NCBI GenBank assembly: GCA_043228905.1 | Contig: JBHGNT010000094.1 | Coordinates: forward strand, 28,542-92,541 | Reading direction: 5' to 3' | Length of the DNA stretch: 64,000 nt | Origin: Azolla caroliniana | Lineage: Eukaryota > Plantae > Polypodiophyta | In this document: positions 23,431-35,512 of the stretch, in pieces | Layout of the letters: each line of letters starts with the position of its first letter | Numbering within the stretch: the stretch's first letter is position 1 | Translations under genes and position numbers: made by a program | Notes under the pieces: generated by a model | Database searches by the model: none | The model's input: only the letters and a program-made list of their open reading frames with translations | Told to the model about the DNA's origin: nothing

Positions 23431-25505
23431 CGTACGGGTGTACTTTTAAACCCCAAGCATAGTACCACTCAGCCTCAATTGTAGTTTTACAATCCATACA
23501 TGTATGACGAGAACTCAAGGCTCCTTTTGCACAACGCTCGGCCACAACCGAGCGTAGGATCATACACAGAAAGTGGGAAAGAAAACACGACACGAAGAAG
23601 AGAAGAGTACGCGGGATGTTTACGTGGAAAACCCCAAACTAGGGTAAAAAACCACGGCAGCCCACAGGCTGCAAACTATCACTATGTTAGAATGTACAAC
23701 AGTGAGTTCACAGAGGCAACAACCTCGTGCTCACGATCTTCGCCACAGGCGGCAGTTACAACAGAGGCAACGACCTCTTTCTCTCTCTCTCTCTCTGTAC
23801 ACAGTTACGCGCTCTCTCACTCCTTGCACCAACAAGAATGACAACAACAGTTACTAGAAGTTTGCCCTAAGTCATATTTATACTAATATGACTTTTCGGC
23901 TATTTACAAATATAGCCTCGATGGACTCTCAGAAACATATTTACGAATATGTCTCTTCATCCGGTGAGCATTCCTCACCGGGTCTGCACCATCCGGCTCT
24001 CCGTAGTCGGGTACTCCTCATCCGGTCTTCACCGGGTCTGCACCATCCGGCTCTTCGTAGCCGGGTACTCCTCATCCAGTCTTCACCGGGTCTGCACCAT
24101 CCGGCTCTCCGTAGCCGGGCACTCCTCATCCGGTCTTCACCGGGTCTGCACCATCCGGCTCTCCGTAGCCGGGTACTCCTCATCCGGTTTCGGCCTCGGC
24201 CGAGTTTGTTCATCGGCACAGTTCTTCTCCCTTCCCCTCCGGAGGGACCTGTCTCCCAACAATGTATTCTCTTTCTCAAAATGATACTTAGCACATAACA
24301 CATGATATGTGTGCAAGCACAGTGTAATCACAACATCCATAGCCTCCAGCTTGAATCCGAGGTCACAAAATATACACCTAGCAGATTGCAAACACAAGTT
24401 ATAATATATTAGTTAATATGATATTTATACCACAAAAGTAGAAATAAATAACTTTTAAAGCCAATACCGTGATATAGCTATACTAGTAATGGTACTTTCC
24501 ATACCACTTGGGTGCTCAATTACAGATGGACACAAAGTTTCAAAACCTTTTTGTTTTAAATCCTGCATCAAGCACGCAAGGTTCTGAAAATGCAACTTTA
24601 AAGTTGACAAGTTATTATCTATTTCGGACAAGGTCTCTCATCTGTGAACCTAATTGAGTGCCCATATTGTTTAGCTCTTTCTTCAACTCCTCTTTCAACA
24701 CCTCACTTTCTGAATTTTGGATTGTCGATGCAATCCATTCATATGTAGTCTTTAATGAAGAGAATTTCTTTTCTGCCTTTATCTCAACTGATTTAACTGC
24801 TTCCAAATCAGCAAGTAGTGCTTGTATTCTTGAGCTCATAGAAGCTATGCAATTGGCCATCATATGTTCATGCTTTTCAGTCATTGTGGCCCGTACCTTT
24901 GCAGATTGAACTTGGTGGACAGGTGTTGTAGCCGGAATATCCACATGAGAGGTTCCCGATGACTTCAAGCCAGTGTTGGTACTGGAGGACCCTTTATAAT
25001 GTTCTGACCGGTGCCGATTAAAATCTTCCCAATCTACGTCGATGCCACCCTGAACTTCACATGCAAGTGCACGTGCAAAAACAGTACCCACCTCATTGTT
25101 ACAGATTTGATTTGTATCATAAACATGTTCATATCTCGTCTTCAATAAGTTCACATATTCCCTCTTCAATCCACTTATGTGGAATCCTCGCCTTGTATCG
25201 GGATGTGCTGACCCCTAGGTTTTTATCAACCACTCTCTCAGCTTAGGATAAACTTCAGGTCGTGCTCGAAGGAAATAACTCCATCCAAGAGGTGTGTCTC
25301 GAATGATGGAGTTGTACATCTTCTTTCTCTGTGTTGATGAATTCATTACCCTTTCTCTTGTGGGTGTCTTCTTGCTTTCTTTGATAGGTGTCCTTTTTCC
25401 TTCCTTCACTGGTGTCTTCACTTTCTCTTTCATCAATGTCTTCTTTATGGGTGTCCTTCTCGTCATTGTCCTAGTCATCACTATTCTTGTTGAATGAATA
25501 TGCAT
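23431..25505 (-). pseudogene. Spliced gene: basic N-terminus, VDW-motif domain, coiled coil, RING-H2 finger (interrupted by a solo LTR)
   Basis: Exon about 25505-24468 (one stop, one frameshift), GT-AG intron 24467-24378, then CIFC-x15-CLHTYHVLC-x10-CMDC once the LTR and one TSD copy are removed. Confidence 0.7.
23505..24261 (-). mobile_element. Solo LTR related to copia A, with 4 x 54-bp internal repeat (about 23975-24190)
   Basis: TG..CA ends, TSD ATGTA (23500-23504 / 24262-24266). Shares AGAGGCAACAACCTC, GGCAGTTACAA and GGAGGGACC blocks with 29678-30291. Confidence 0.9.
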
Positions 25506-25554
25506 GTACTAGAATAAAACTCATCAAATTACCATCACTACATAGCAAATCATC

Positions 25555-25985
25555 ACATTGCATGTACAAGCCATGTCAAACACACAAAAACCCTAAATAG
25601 TAGGAAGAAAACTCATCCATGTCTAACACATACAAATTAAAAACAGACAGACAGGAAACACAGAGAAAACGAAAACATACCAACAAAACGAAAACATAGC
25701 AACTCATCATAGCCAACTCCATCTAAGTTGCATGTACAAACCATGTCAAACACACAACCACCCTAAACAGTAGGAAGAAAACTCATCCATGTCAAACACA
25801 TACAAATTAAAAACAGACAGACATGAAACATAGAGAAAAGGAAAACATATCAGTTGGGCATGCAACACATAGAATATGAATAATCAAAACCTAAAAATGC
25901 CCATACACATACAAATTAAAAACAAACGGACAGGAAACACAGAGAAAACGAAAACATACTAGTTGGGCATGCAACACAAAGAATA
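25555..25985. repeat. ~170-bp degenerate direct repeats
   Basis: GCATGTACAAxCCATGTCAAACACACAA at 25560 and 25730; CACATACAAATTAAAAACA occurs three times. Confidence 0.7.
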
Positions 25986-26419
25986 CCTGGAGGTCGTACA
26001 AGCTGCACATGGATTGATGGATCGAAGGCAAATGGAGCCAAGGTCAAGGCAGAGGTACCACACCTTGGGAGCACACCAAGCCTTCAAAATCACCTATATG
26101 CAAGAGGTTGTTGACGAGGTTGTTGACGAGGTTGTTGTAGAGGAGACAAATGAGCATACACAAGGAAAGAAAATCAACAACAAGAACATCAATCCGGGGA
26201 AACAGAAATCTCTGCATATACAGAGAGAGAGAGAGAGATCGAACCTGGCACAGAGGGGAACACAACAACAACTACGCGGGGAAACAGAGAATCGAAGGTG
26301 GAGTGAGAGAGAGAAACAGATATTCGAAGGTGGAGTGAGAGAGAGAAAGAGAGAGATAGGTAATAGATATGTGTCCTCTTTCTAACTTTCTGCCACTGTC
26401 TGTCTGACAACTTCCAGAC

Positions 26420-26467
<48 letters not shown>

Positions 26468-26767
26468 GAGACTGAGACTGAGACTGACCAACTATCACAT
26501 TCGAAACCTTCTCCAGGTGTGCTTTCATACAACTCTACCTAGGAGAATGAAGTTACAATTAATGTATTAAATACAGCCTTGGGACATTTCAAGTGTGATG
26601 TATAATATCTTTGTACATTCGAGTGTGATGTAATGAATTTGTTATTTGAAATTGAACACCATTCAATAGATGATAATTGTTTTATTTTCCATTTTTAATG
26701 TTTATTTTCTTCCTCGATTTAGTACTAAATTTTTGGCCAAAAGTTGGTACACCGCAGCATGCTTTGA

Positions 26768-29700
26768 CCCGTGTAGGAATGTCATGTTGACATCCAGTTG
26801 CTCTATCTCAAGGTCCATGCTTGCCACTATGCCCAAGACCGTCCGGATGGATGTCATCTTTACTACCGGGGCAAAGATCTCATCAAAGTCCACTCCTTTC
26901 TTTTGCTGGAAGCCCTTCACCACGATTCGGGCCTTATACCTTGGCAGATTTCCGGCGTCTCCCGGTTTCAGCTTGTACACCCACTTGTTCCGGAGTGCCC
27001 TCTTTCCTTTTGGCAACTCCACCAATTCATATGTGTGGTTCTCATGCAGGGAATCCATCTCATCCTGCATGGCACTCAACCAGTTGCAGTTGTGGGTGTC
27101 TCCCCTTGCTTCTTCAAAGCTTTCCGGCTCCCCCTCATCGGTTAGCAACACATGCTCTGCATCCGGAAATCTTCGGGGGCTCTTCTCTCCAGAAGAGGAT
27201 ATCTCCGTCCTTGGTTTCTGACTGCCGGTTCCTCCGTTTGTTCCGAATTCAAATTCGATTCGGGATCTTATCCGGTTCCGGTGTCTTCTTCTTCTTCTTC
27301 TTCTTCTTCTTCTTCTTCTTCTTCTTCTACTTCAATCGGTTCAATTTCTTGTCCGTATCCGGCCGGTTCATCAAGTGTCATCCAGTTACCGGCTAACATC
27401 CGGTTTTCAACCGGGTATATCCTTTTGTCCTCAAGCCGGTTTTCAATGGATGATCCAGAGTTCGTTACCTTCTTCTCCGACTCCCAGTCGGCAATGGTCC
27501 TGTCTTCCATGAAGACTATGTCCCGACTCCGGAACACCTTTCTGTCGACCAGATCCCACACTCGGTAACCGAACTCATCATCGCCTTATCCAAGGAATAT
27601 GCATGGCCGGGACTTCGGATCCAACTTTGCTCTCTTGTCCTTCACCACATGCACGTATGCGAGACACCTGAACATCTTCAAATGCCGGTAAGACACATCC
27701 TTACCAGTCCATACTTTCTGTGGTGAGTCTCCGTCCAAGGGTACTGAGGGTGATCTGTTTATCACATAGGTTGTCGTCGTCAGCGCCTCAGCCCAAAACG
27801 TCTTGGGTAACTTGGCATGTGTGAGCATGCTCCGGACTCTCTCCATTATGGTCCGATTCATCCTTTCGGCCAGCCCGTTTAGTTTCGGAGTCTTCGGCAC
27901 GGTGAATTCGAGTCAGATTCCCTTCGACCGGAAGTACTCCTCGAACTACCCCTGGTATTCTCCTCCGTTGTCCGCTCGAACCGCCTTCAGCTTCCGGTCG
28001 GTTTCTCTTTCCATTCTCGCGTGGAGCTCCTTGAAGACGGATAACACTCAGTTCTTCGTCTTCAACGATGAGACCGACAGCTTCCTTTTGTGCTCGTCTA
28101 TGAACATCACGAAGTACTGCGATCCAGCATATGACTTCGTGTCGACTTGACACACATCGGTATGCACCAGCTCCAGTGGTGCATTCCGTCTCATCGGTGG
28201 TCTTGACCAGAAGGAGGTGCGGTTTTGCTTGTAGGCCAGGTAGTCAGTGCACTTCTCGAGTTGCACGTCCTTCACCGGAATGAGGTTGACTTCGGCAAGC
28301 CTCTTCATCCCCTTCTCACTCATGTGACACAACCTTTTGTGCCACAGCTCACCGACAGTGTCGGATGCTACGTTCACTTCTTCCCGGCATATTCGGGCAT
28401 GCATCAAGTACAGTGTGTTGACCTTCCGGGCTCAAGCCACTATTAAGCTCCCTTTGTAGAACTTCATGACACCGTTCCAGATGCTACCTGTGTAGCCTTC
28501 ATCATCTAGCCTACCAGTTGATATCAGGTTCAGTCAAACCTCCAGATCGTGTCGGACATCCTTCAACAGCAACTTGCATCCGGTTGATGTTGTCAACAAC
28601 ACATCTCCTATGCCGATAATTCAGCATGTCCCTTCATTCCCCATCTAGACATAGCCGTGCTCACCGGTTGTGTAGGATGAGAAACATTTCCGGTCCGGGG
28701 TAAGGTGGAACGACGCTCCGGAATCGACAACCCACGTTGTCTCATCGATGGCAAGGTTCAACTCACTCTCCTCGGTGATAAGCATTAGTTCTTCTTCACT
28801 TGCCGCGATTGCCGTCGTTCCCTTTCGGTCTGGACCTCACCGATCCGAACCGTTTTGGTCTAGTGACTTCTTCAGATCGGAACTGTTGGTTCCCTTGTAC
28901 TTCCGGAAATGTCGACAATTCTTCTGGAAGTGCAGTGGCTTGCCGCCATAAAAGCAAGTGGGCCTCCCCCTTGACTTTGATCGTGTCCCCGACTTTTCCC
29001 GGTTCTTGGGACTCCGATTCCTTTGTCTTCCGCATTCCGATTCGGTAAGGAGGGCTTTGGTGTTGGAGATCACCTCCTTGTCTTTCCGACGTGCCTCCTC
29101 ATCTAGCAAGCTCGACTTGACTCTTGCTAGGGATAGATGTTTTCCTTTTGGCCCGGCGTTGCCCAACGTGACAACTAACGTCTCCCAACTATCCGGGAGG
29201 GAACTGAGCAAGAGTAGAGCAAGTACCTCATCGGCGATAGGTACTTCCAATGAGGTTGCTTGGTGTATCAACCCCTGGAAGGCATTCATGTGCTCTGCCA
29301 TATTGGAGCCGTCTTGGTACCGGAGCCTCACTAGCTTCTGAAATACCAAAACCCGATTAACGACATTCTTGTTCTAGAACATGATGTTGATCTTCTCCCA
29401 GAGTTCATGAGTCTTGCTCTCTTCTTGAAGTTGTTGTACAAGCTCATGTCGATGAAGCACTAGATGTATGTCGTCGTCTTCATGTGCATCACCTCCCACA
29501 CCGTGGCGTCGATCTTATCCAGTCTCTTGTCCCCGAACTGAACCGGCAACCAAAGATCTTTAACCACCAGCATGTCCCTCATCTTCGAGTTCCACATTGA
29601 GTAGTTGGAGCCGGTGAGCTCGAACATGCCGCCGAAAGATTCTTCCATTTTTTGTGTTGTTCACTCTGATACCAGATTGACGGGAAATATGTGGAATATT

Positions 29701-30291
29701 ACTCGGCCACAACTGAGTCTCAGATCGTGTCGTTTCAAATCGAAACACCGAGAATGGGAATAGAGGTGAATACACGTACACACAGACAATATGAGAGAGG
29801 GTACACAATATGTTTACATGGAAAACCCTAAATGGGAAAAACCACATGAGTCCACAAACTCCAACTATCACTATGTCTAGAGGAATACAACAAGTGAACA
29901 CAGAGGTAACAACCTCTTGCTCACAATCTTTGCCTGGCGGCAGTTACAACAGAGACTCACTCTGTATCTCTCTCTCTCACACACACACACACACTGTACA
30001 ATAGTTACACTCAATAGCTCTATACAACAAATAGTTTCAACACCCTTAGGTGTTTGCCCTAGGTCATATTTATACTAATATGACTTTCAGGCTATTTACA
30101 AATATAGCCCGAGTGGGCTCTTTGGAACATATTTACATATATGACCCTTCATCCAGTGAGGGGTACTCACCGGGCTTGCATCATCCGGTTCTCACCGGGT
30201 CTTCCGTTGTCGGGTACTCATCATTCGGTTCTCACTAGGTCTTCCGTTGCAGGGTACTCATATCCGATCCGGAGGGACCGAAATCCTAACA
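26768..30291 (-). mobile_element. Copia A, 5' half: LTR, PBS, gag, PR, IN, RT N-terminus
   Basis: LTR 30291-29678, PBS TGGTATCAGAGTG at 29674-29662, gag from 29648, WVVDSGAS, WHKRLCH, NGLAERMNRT, YKARIVVKG. Breaks after TFLHG. (GAA)n expansion at about 27285-27328. Confidence 0.92.
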
Positions 30292-31767
30292 ATAAGTGCC
30301 AACGATAATGCCACATACCACCTTGCGGAGCTAGATGGATCCAGGTTGGCCATACCCATTGCGGGAAAAAGAGTAAAGATTTTCAAGAAAAGACAAGACG
30401 AGGATCCTGACCTCGATCACCTCGACGATGAAGATAGTAGGATGCAGCCTACAAACTTGAGTTATGTACACGAGGACGTGGAGGAATCTAATTGATCACC
30501 ATAGCCGAAATCTCACACTCTCTCTTATTGGCACGTACCGGAGGACGTGCGGTTTGGTGGGGGTGGATGTCGTGAAGATTTTCGGCAACAGTGTGAAAAT
30601 TGCATGGAATGTACAAAATCGAGAGTGTGGTTCTTCACACACAATATGAAACAATAATAATGAAGATATTATTTTATATCTTGATACGAAAAGATGGATG
30701 TCTTCAAGACCTTCCTAATCCATTTTACTACATGTGAAATGGACAACTTAGTGTCAAGTTATGTGAGTGTAAAGTTTGAGAAGAAGAAGAGAAAAACAAA
30801 AACTGTGCGATATCCCACATAGATAGGACAAATCAAGATCCCTCAATATATAAACAAAGCTGGAACTTATTACTTTTTTTCTATGAGTGGAACATAAAAT
30901 GTTCTTGGCTAAACTGTGGCTTAACTACTCGTAATGGTTTTGGCGGAACCGGATGGCGACGGAGCCAGAATCGGACCGTGATGGAGCTGGAACCGACACC
31001 GGCACCGGAATTGGAATGGATGGACGGCGACGAAACCGAAACCAGAACGGATAGACCGGATCACCGGATTGGAAGCGAACCTGATAGACAGATTGATCGG
31101 ATAGGTTGATAGCGACGATTTCGGTGTGAAACGAACAAAATCATCTAGACTAAAAAAACCTATTAGAAATTTGTAATCAAAGGGATGCAAGCAAGGCTTG
31201 AACCTTGCACCTCCAAGATAGGAGGCAATGAACTTACCACTAAGCCAAGTCATGTCTTTTGAAATGTTTTTACTCTCATTATACTCTCACATGTAAACTT
31301 TCATGTTAAAGCTCGATTGAGTGACATGGTTATCATGCATCACATGTAATACATGAGCGTCGAGTCGCAAACATGCATCTCATGCATGTCTTGCACCCTC
31401 ACAAGCATCATATGCATGGGGGCATCTATAAAAGAGTGGATGGATAGGAAAAACAGGCTAGATATTAATCAAGAAAGCTTTGTACTTGATATCAAATTTA
31501 ATATTAGGAAGAAAATTCGTTATCCTTTTGATGATATATCTTGTTCTTCAAATCTAAAGTCAAGAGTTCAATCTTAATCTCTCTTTCTATTTCAATCGTT
31601 CTAAATCTATTTCAAAATTGGAATCTTAATCTCAATCTCTCTCTCTCTCTCTCTCAATCTATCTTAAATCCTTTCTCGCTAAAGCGAGTGCGTACTTCGA
31701 GTCCTTCCGGTCCAGAAACCTGGCGGTTTCGCCTCACGATCGCACATAGTGACGGATCTTCACGACA
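30292..31767 (+). mobile_element. Phygy-like element 3' end: integrase tail, PPT and ~1.2-kb 3' LTR (30568-31767)
   Basis: ISANDNATYHLAELDG...KRVKIFKKR; PPT GGTGGGGGTGGA; LTR bounded by the 12-bp inverted repeat TGTCGTGAAGAT...ATCTTCACGACA. Confidence 0.87.
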
Positions 31768-32247
31768 CCGTATCAGCCGTGAAGATTTTCTTAAGGTTCC
31801 CCCATGCCTCCTTCGGCGTTTTTGCCTCTCGAATGTAGTCGAGCATGTGATCATGTACGCAGGATGCAAGGCAATACAACACACAACTCGCAGCCTGCTC
31901 CCAGGCTATGTAGTTAGCATGTGTCGTGTTGGGTTGTATTTCTTGTGCTCCTTTCATGTAGCCCCAATAGCCTTGGCTAACAAGGCATTGGTGCATCTTT
32001 TATTCCCAAGATGCAAAATTGTTTCTGCAAAGTTTCTCGATAGGAAGAGCGCTTCCCATCCGAGTATTCATCTTGAGTCTTCTTCTTCTTCTCTGTGATA
32101 CGAATTGTGCAGGTTGCTGCTACAATGATCAACCGGTTCTTCGTGAACATAGGCTTAGACACAGCACACGCGGATAAGCTTGGATCAGGCTACCAATTGC
32201 TTTGATACCATGTAAATAAATGAGAGTGATTATGTGCAACGGAAGTG

Positions 32248-32344
<97 letters not shown>

Positions 32345-32650
32345 ATGGAGAGAAATAGAGAGCTCGACGTATATAGAAAATGCAGGTGAAAACTGTATTA
32401 AGAAGGAGCAAAATACAAGAATAACCAACGACAGTTACAAGGGAGGTGAGAGAGCACTTATATAGTCACCTTCCCACTATTCTCTTTCTAAAAGCATCAC
32501 TTAACTAAAGAGAGGTGTAGTCTTAACTACACTGAATATGTGACATAGAACTATAATATTATATGACATACTAGTTACTATAGTAGGTGGCGGGTGTTCA
32601 CACACTAGAGTGTGTTCCCACACTAGGGAAGTTGAGTTTGATTCTCAACA
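31768..32650 (-). mobile_element. Copia family C 5' fragment (LTR 32650-32211, PBS, gag N-terminus)
   Basis: LTR starts TGTTGAGAATCAAACTCAAC, like 43794. PBS TGGTATCAAAGC abuts the LTR. Gag MHQCLVSQGYWGY. Long (TG)n at about 32229-32334. Confidence 0.88.
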
Positions 32651-32849
32651 TTTTGAATTTAGTTTTTTCTGTTGTTTTGCCCTCTCTGTCTCTCTCTCTA
32701 ATACTGTGTATTCTCCATTCCTTGTGTTTACCTAATTGTTGCTACAGTCCGGTTGAGCCGACTACGTCTCTGTACAAGCTTCCACATCTTACTCTTTACA
32801 AGACATTTGTATTTAATGCAAATGTGATGCCTCCCTCCAAAGGAGTACA

Positions 32850-35370
32850 GATCCCCTTGTAATGGGCGTATACAACAGAGAATCTGTAATAAACGAAAAA
32901 GGAGTACAGATTTATACAAGGTTGTCGAACAATTTGGTTTTGTTCGAGTCTGCAAAATCCGAGAGCAGAAGGCCAAATTGGCCGAAGTCAGAAGAGATGA
33001 AGCTGAGCCTCGAACTGTCAAAGGTGATTGTCCAAAACCATTTGAATGTCCGACTCAATTGGACCGATCATTTGTTAAGCCCATTTGGTGCATGAGGGAT
33101 CAGAATCGATCCACTAAAAGACACATGATCATCCCATCTACGACATTATTGACTGTAGGTACCTTCTTGAGGTCGATTTTCCCTGAAATGACATAGTCCC
33201 GAACAAAGTGATATCTCACATCAATATGCTTCGAGGCGTTGTGCTGAACCAGATTTTTCGATAGAGTGACAACACCTGACTGTCGTTGTAGACAATTGGA
33301 GCCGAGTTAGAGTCGACTTGTCAAAACGTGCAAGCCAACCGACCGAGCCATAAGGCCTCTTTTGTCGCATCCGACGCGGCTATGTATTCGGCTTCGGTCG
33401 TTGATGTGGTAGTGCACTCCTAAAGTTTTGATTTCCACGAGATCGCTCCATTGCCAAATTTGAAACAATATCCGGTTGTCAATTTTCGACTGTCCACACA
33501 GCCGGCAAAGTCTAAGTTGGTGTATCCGACTACGCCTAAAGCATCATTCGGGCCAGATAGGATGCCATATTCTTTTGTGCCCATCAAATATCTGAACACA
33601 TGCTTGACTTCGTTGCAATGCAATCGGCCAAGATTTTGCATCAGACTCCGATGGTGTGAGCAATGTCAAGTCGTGTCACGACCATCGCCTACATCAAGGA
33701 GCCGACTGCCAATGCATACGGTACCAACTTCATAACTTCCTCCTCCAGACCAGATGTCGAGTAGTCTTGTTGAGATAACCGAAGATTAATGGGGGGCGGG
33801 GTTGAAGCAAGTTTGGCCGATTACATGTTAAAGTGTTCTAAGACATGTCCAATATAGTCAGATTGAGACAGAAACAACTGTTGTCGGTTCTGATTCTGAC
33901 TTATCTGCATGCCGAGAATGTGTCTTGCCGGACCGAGGTCCTTCATGGCAAACTTCAATTGCATATACCGAACAAGTTCGACGAGTTCTCCGACATGTCA
34001 ACCAGAGAGTAGCATGTCGTCCACGTAGATGATGAGGAAGATGGGAGACCCAACTCGAGATGTTTTGGTGAAGAGACAGTGGTCCTCATTGCTCTTTGAG
34101 AAGCCGACTAATTAGATAAAGTTGTCAAACTTCTTGTACCACTGTCTCGATGCCTACTCTAGGCGGTATAGACTCTTCTTGAGTCGGCAAACTAGATGTT
34201 CCTGGCCAGATTCCACAAAGCCTTTCGGTGTCCCCATATAAATTTCCTCCTCTAGATCACCATGGAGGAAGGCCATTTTTACATCTAGCTGGATCAACTC
34301 CATGTCCTTGGCTGCCACTACGCCGAGTAGAAATCGAAGGGTCATCATTTTCACCACTGGTGAAAAGATCTCGTCGAGTTCAGCACCATATTCTTGTCGG
34401 AAGCCCTTAGCTACTAATTTGGCCTTGAATTTTGGGGTGGCCGAATTAGACGTCTCTTTTAATCTGTAGACCCACTTGCACGGAAGAGCACGTTGATTTT
34501 TTGGTAGTTCAACCAAATTCCAAGACTTGTTTGCCCGAATGGAGTTCATTTTCGACTCCATCGCCAGATGCCATGTGGCCAAATTGGTTGATACCGATGC
34601 TTCTTCATATGACTTAGGTTCGCCTATGTCCATAAAGAAGATTCCAGGAGAGTACCTCTCTGGGGGCTGCAACTGTCTCTTGGATCTTCGAGGTATGATT
34701 GGACTAGTCACATCGGGTGTCTGAGTCGAATGGTTCAAAGCCAAATCATTCGGTTGTGCCGAGTCAAGCGTTGCCCAATCGATGTGAGGGGATTCAACTA
34801 CCCGTGAAGCCAACCTCGTGTTATGGGTTGGGCCTTCGTGAAGGGTCGACACATATGAAAAGATTACCCTTCCGACTTCAATAGGCCTTTCGGTCGTCTT
34901 GTGATAGCCGACTCATTGAACACTACGTCCGAACTTTGGACGATCTGTTTGTGCTTGGGGTCCTAGAGTCGGTATCCGATCTCATTGTCTGGTCCATAGC
35001 CAAGGAAAATAAATTTCCTAGACCTTGGTTCTAATTTGCGGCGGTCGTCTTTCGGTATGAGGGCTTACGCCTTGCATCCAAAAAACCTCAGCTTCTTGTA
35101 ATTCGGCTTCCTATTGGTCCATAGTTCCTAAGGTACTTGAAGTCCTAGTGGCCTACTCGGCGACATGTTAATTATGTGTACATCTGTAAGTAGGGCCTCT
35201 GCTCAGAAGCCATTCGACAGTCCGGAGTGTTGGAGCATGGATACTATCCGTTCTTGAATTGTCCGATTCATCCACTCGGCAATTCCATTCTGATCCGGAC
35301 TTTGTGGTGCCATGTATTCACGTCTGATGTCGCACTGTCGACAAAATCTAACGAATTCTTCTGACTTGAA
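32850..35370 (-). pseudogene. Copia B paralog, IN-RT-RH 3' fragment
   Basis: PERYSPGIFF, FKAKLVAKGFRQEYG, LDVKMAFLHGD, FKFGNGAISWKSK; collinear with about 18620-21075. Confidence 0.88.
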
Positions 35371-35371
35371 G

Positions 35372-35512
35372 GCATTTTAGCTTTCGACTATACTGATTTT
35401 CTACCATTGCGAGCCATATTATTCGTGAAGAAGAAGGATGGCTCTCTACGCTTATGTGTCGACTACCATGGTCTCAACAAACTCATTGTGCGCAACCGCT
35501 ATCCACTACCTT
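35372..35512 (+). pseudogene. Short gypsy (chromovirus-type) RT fragment
   Basis: [32 protein letters not shown]. Confidence 0.8.
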
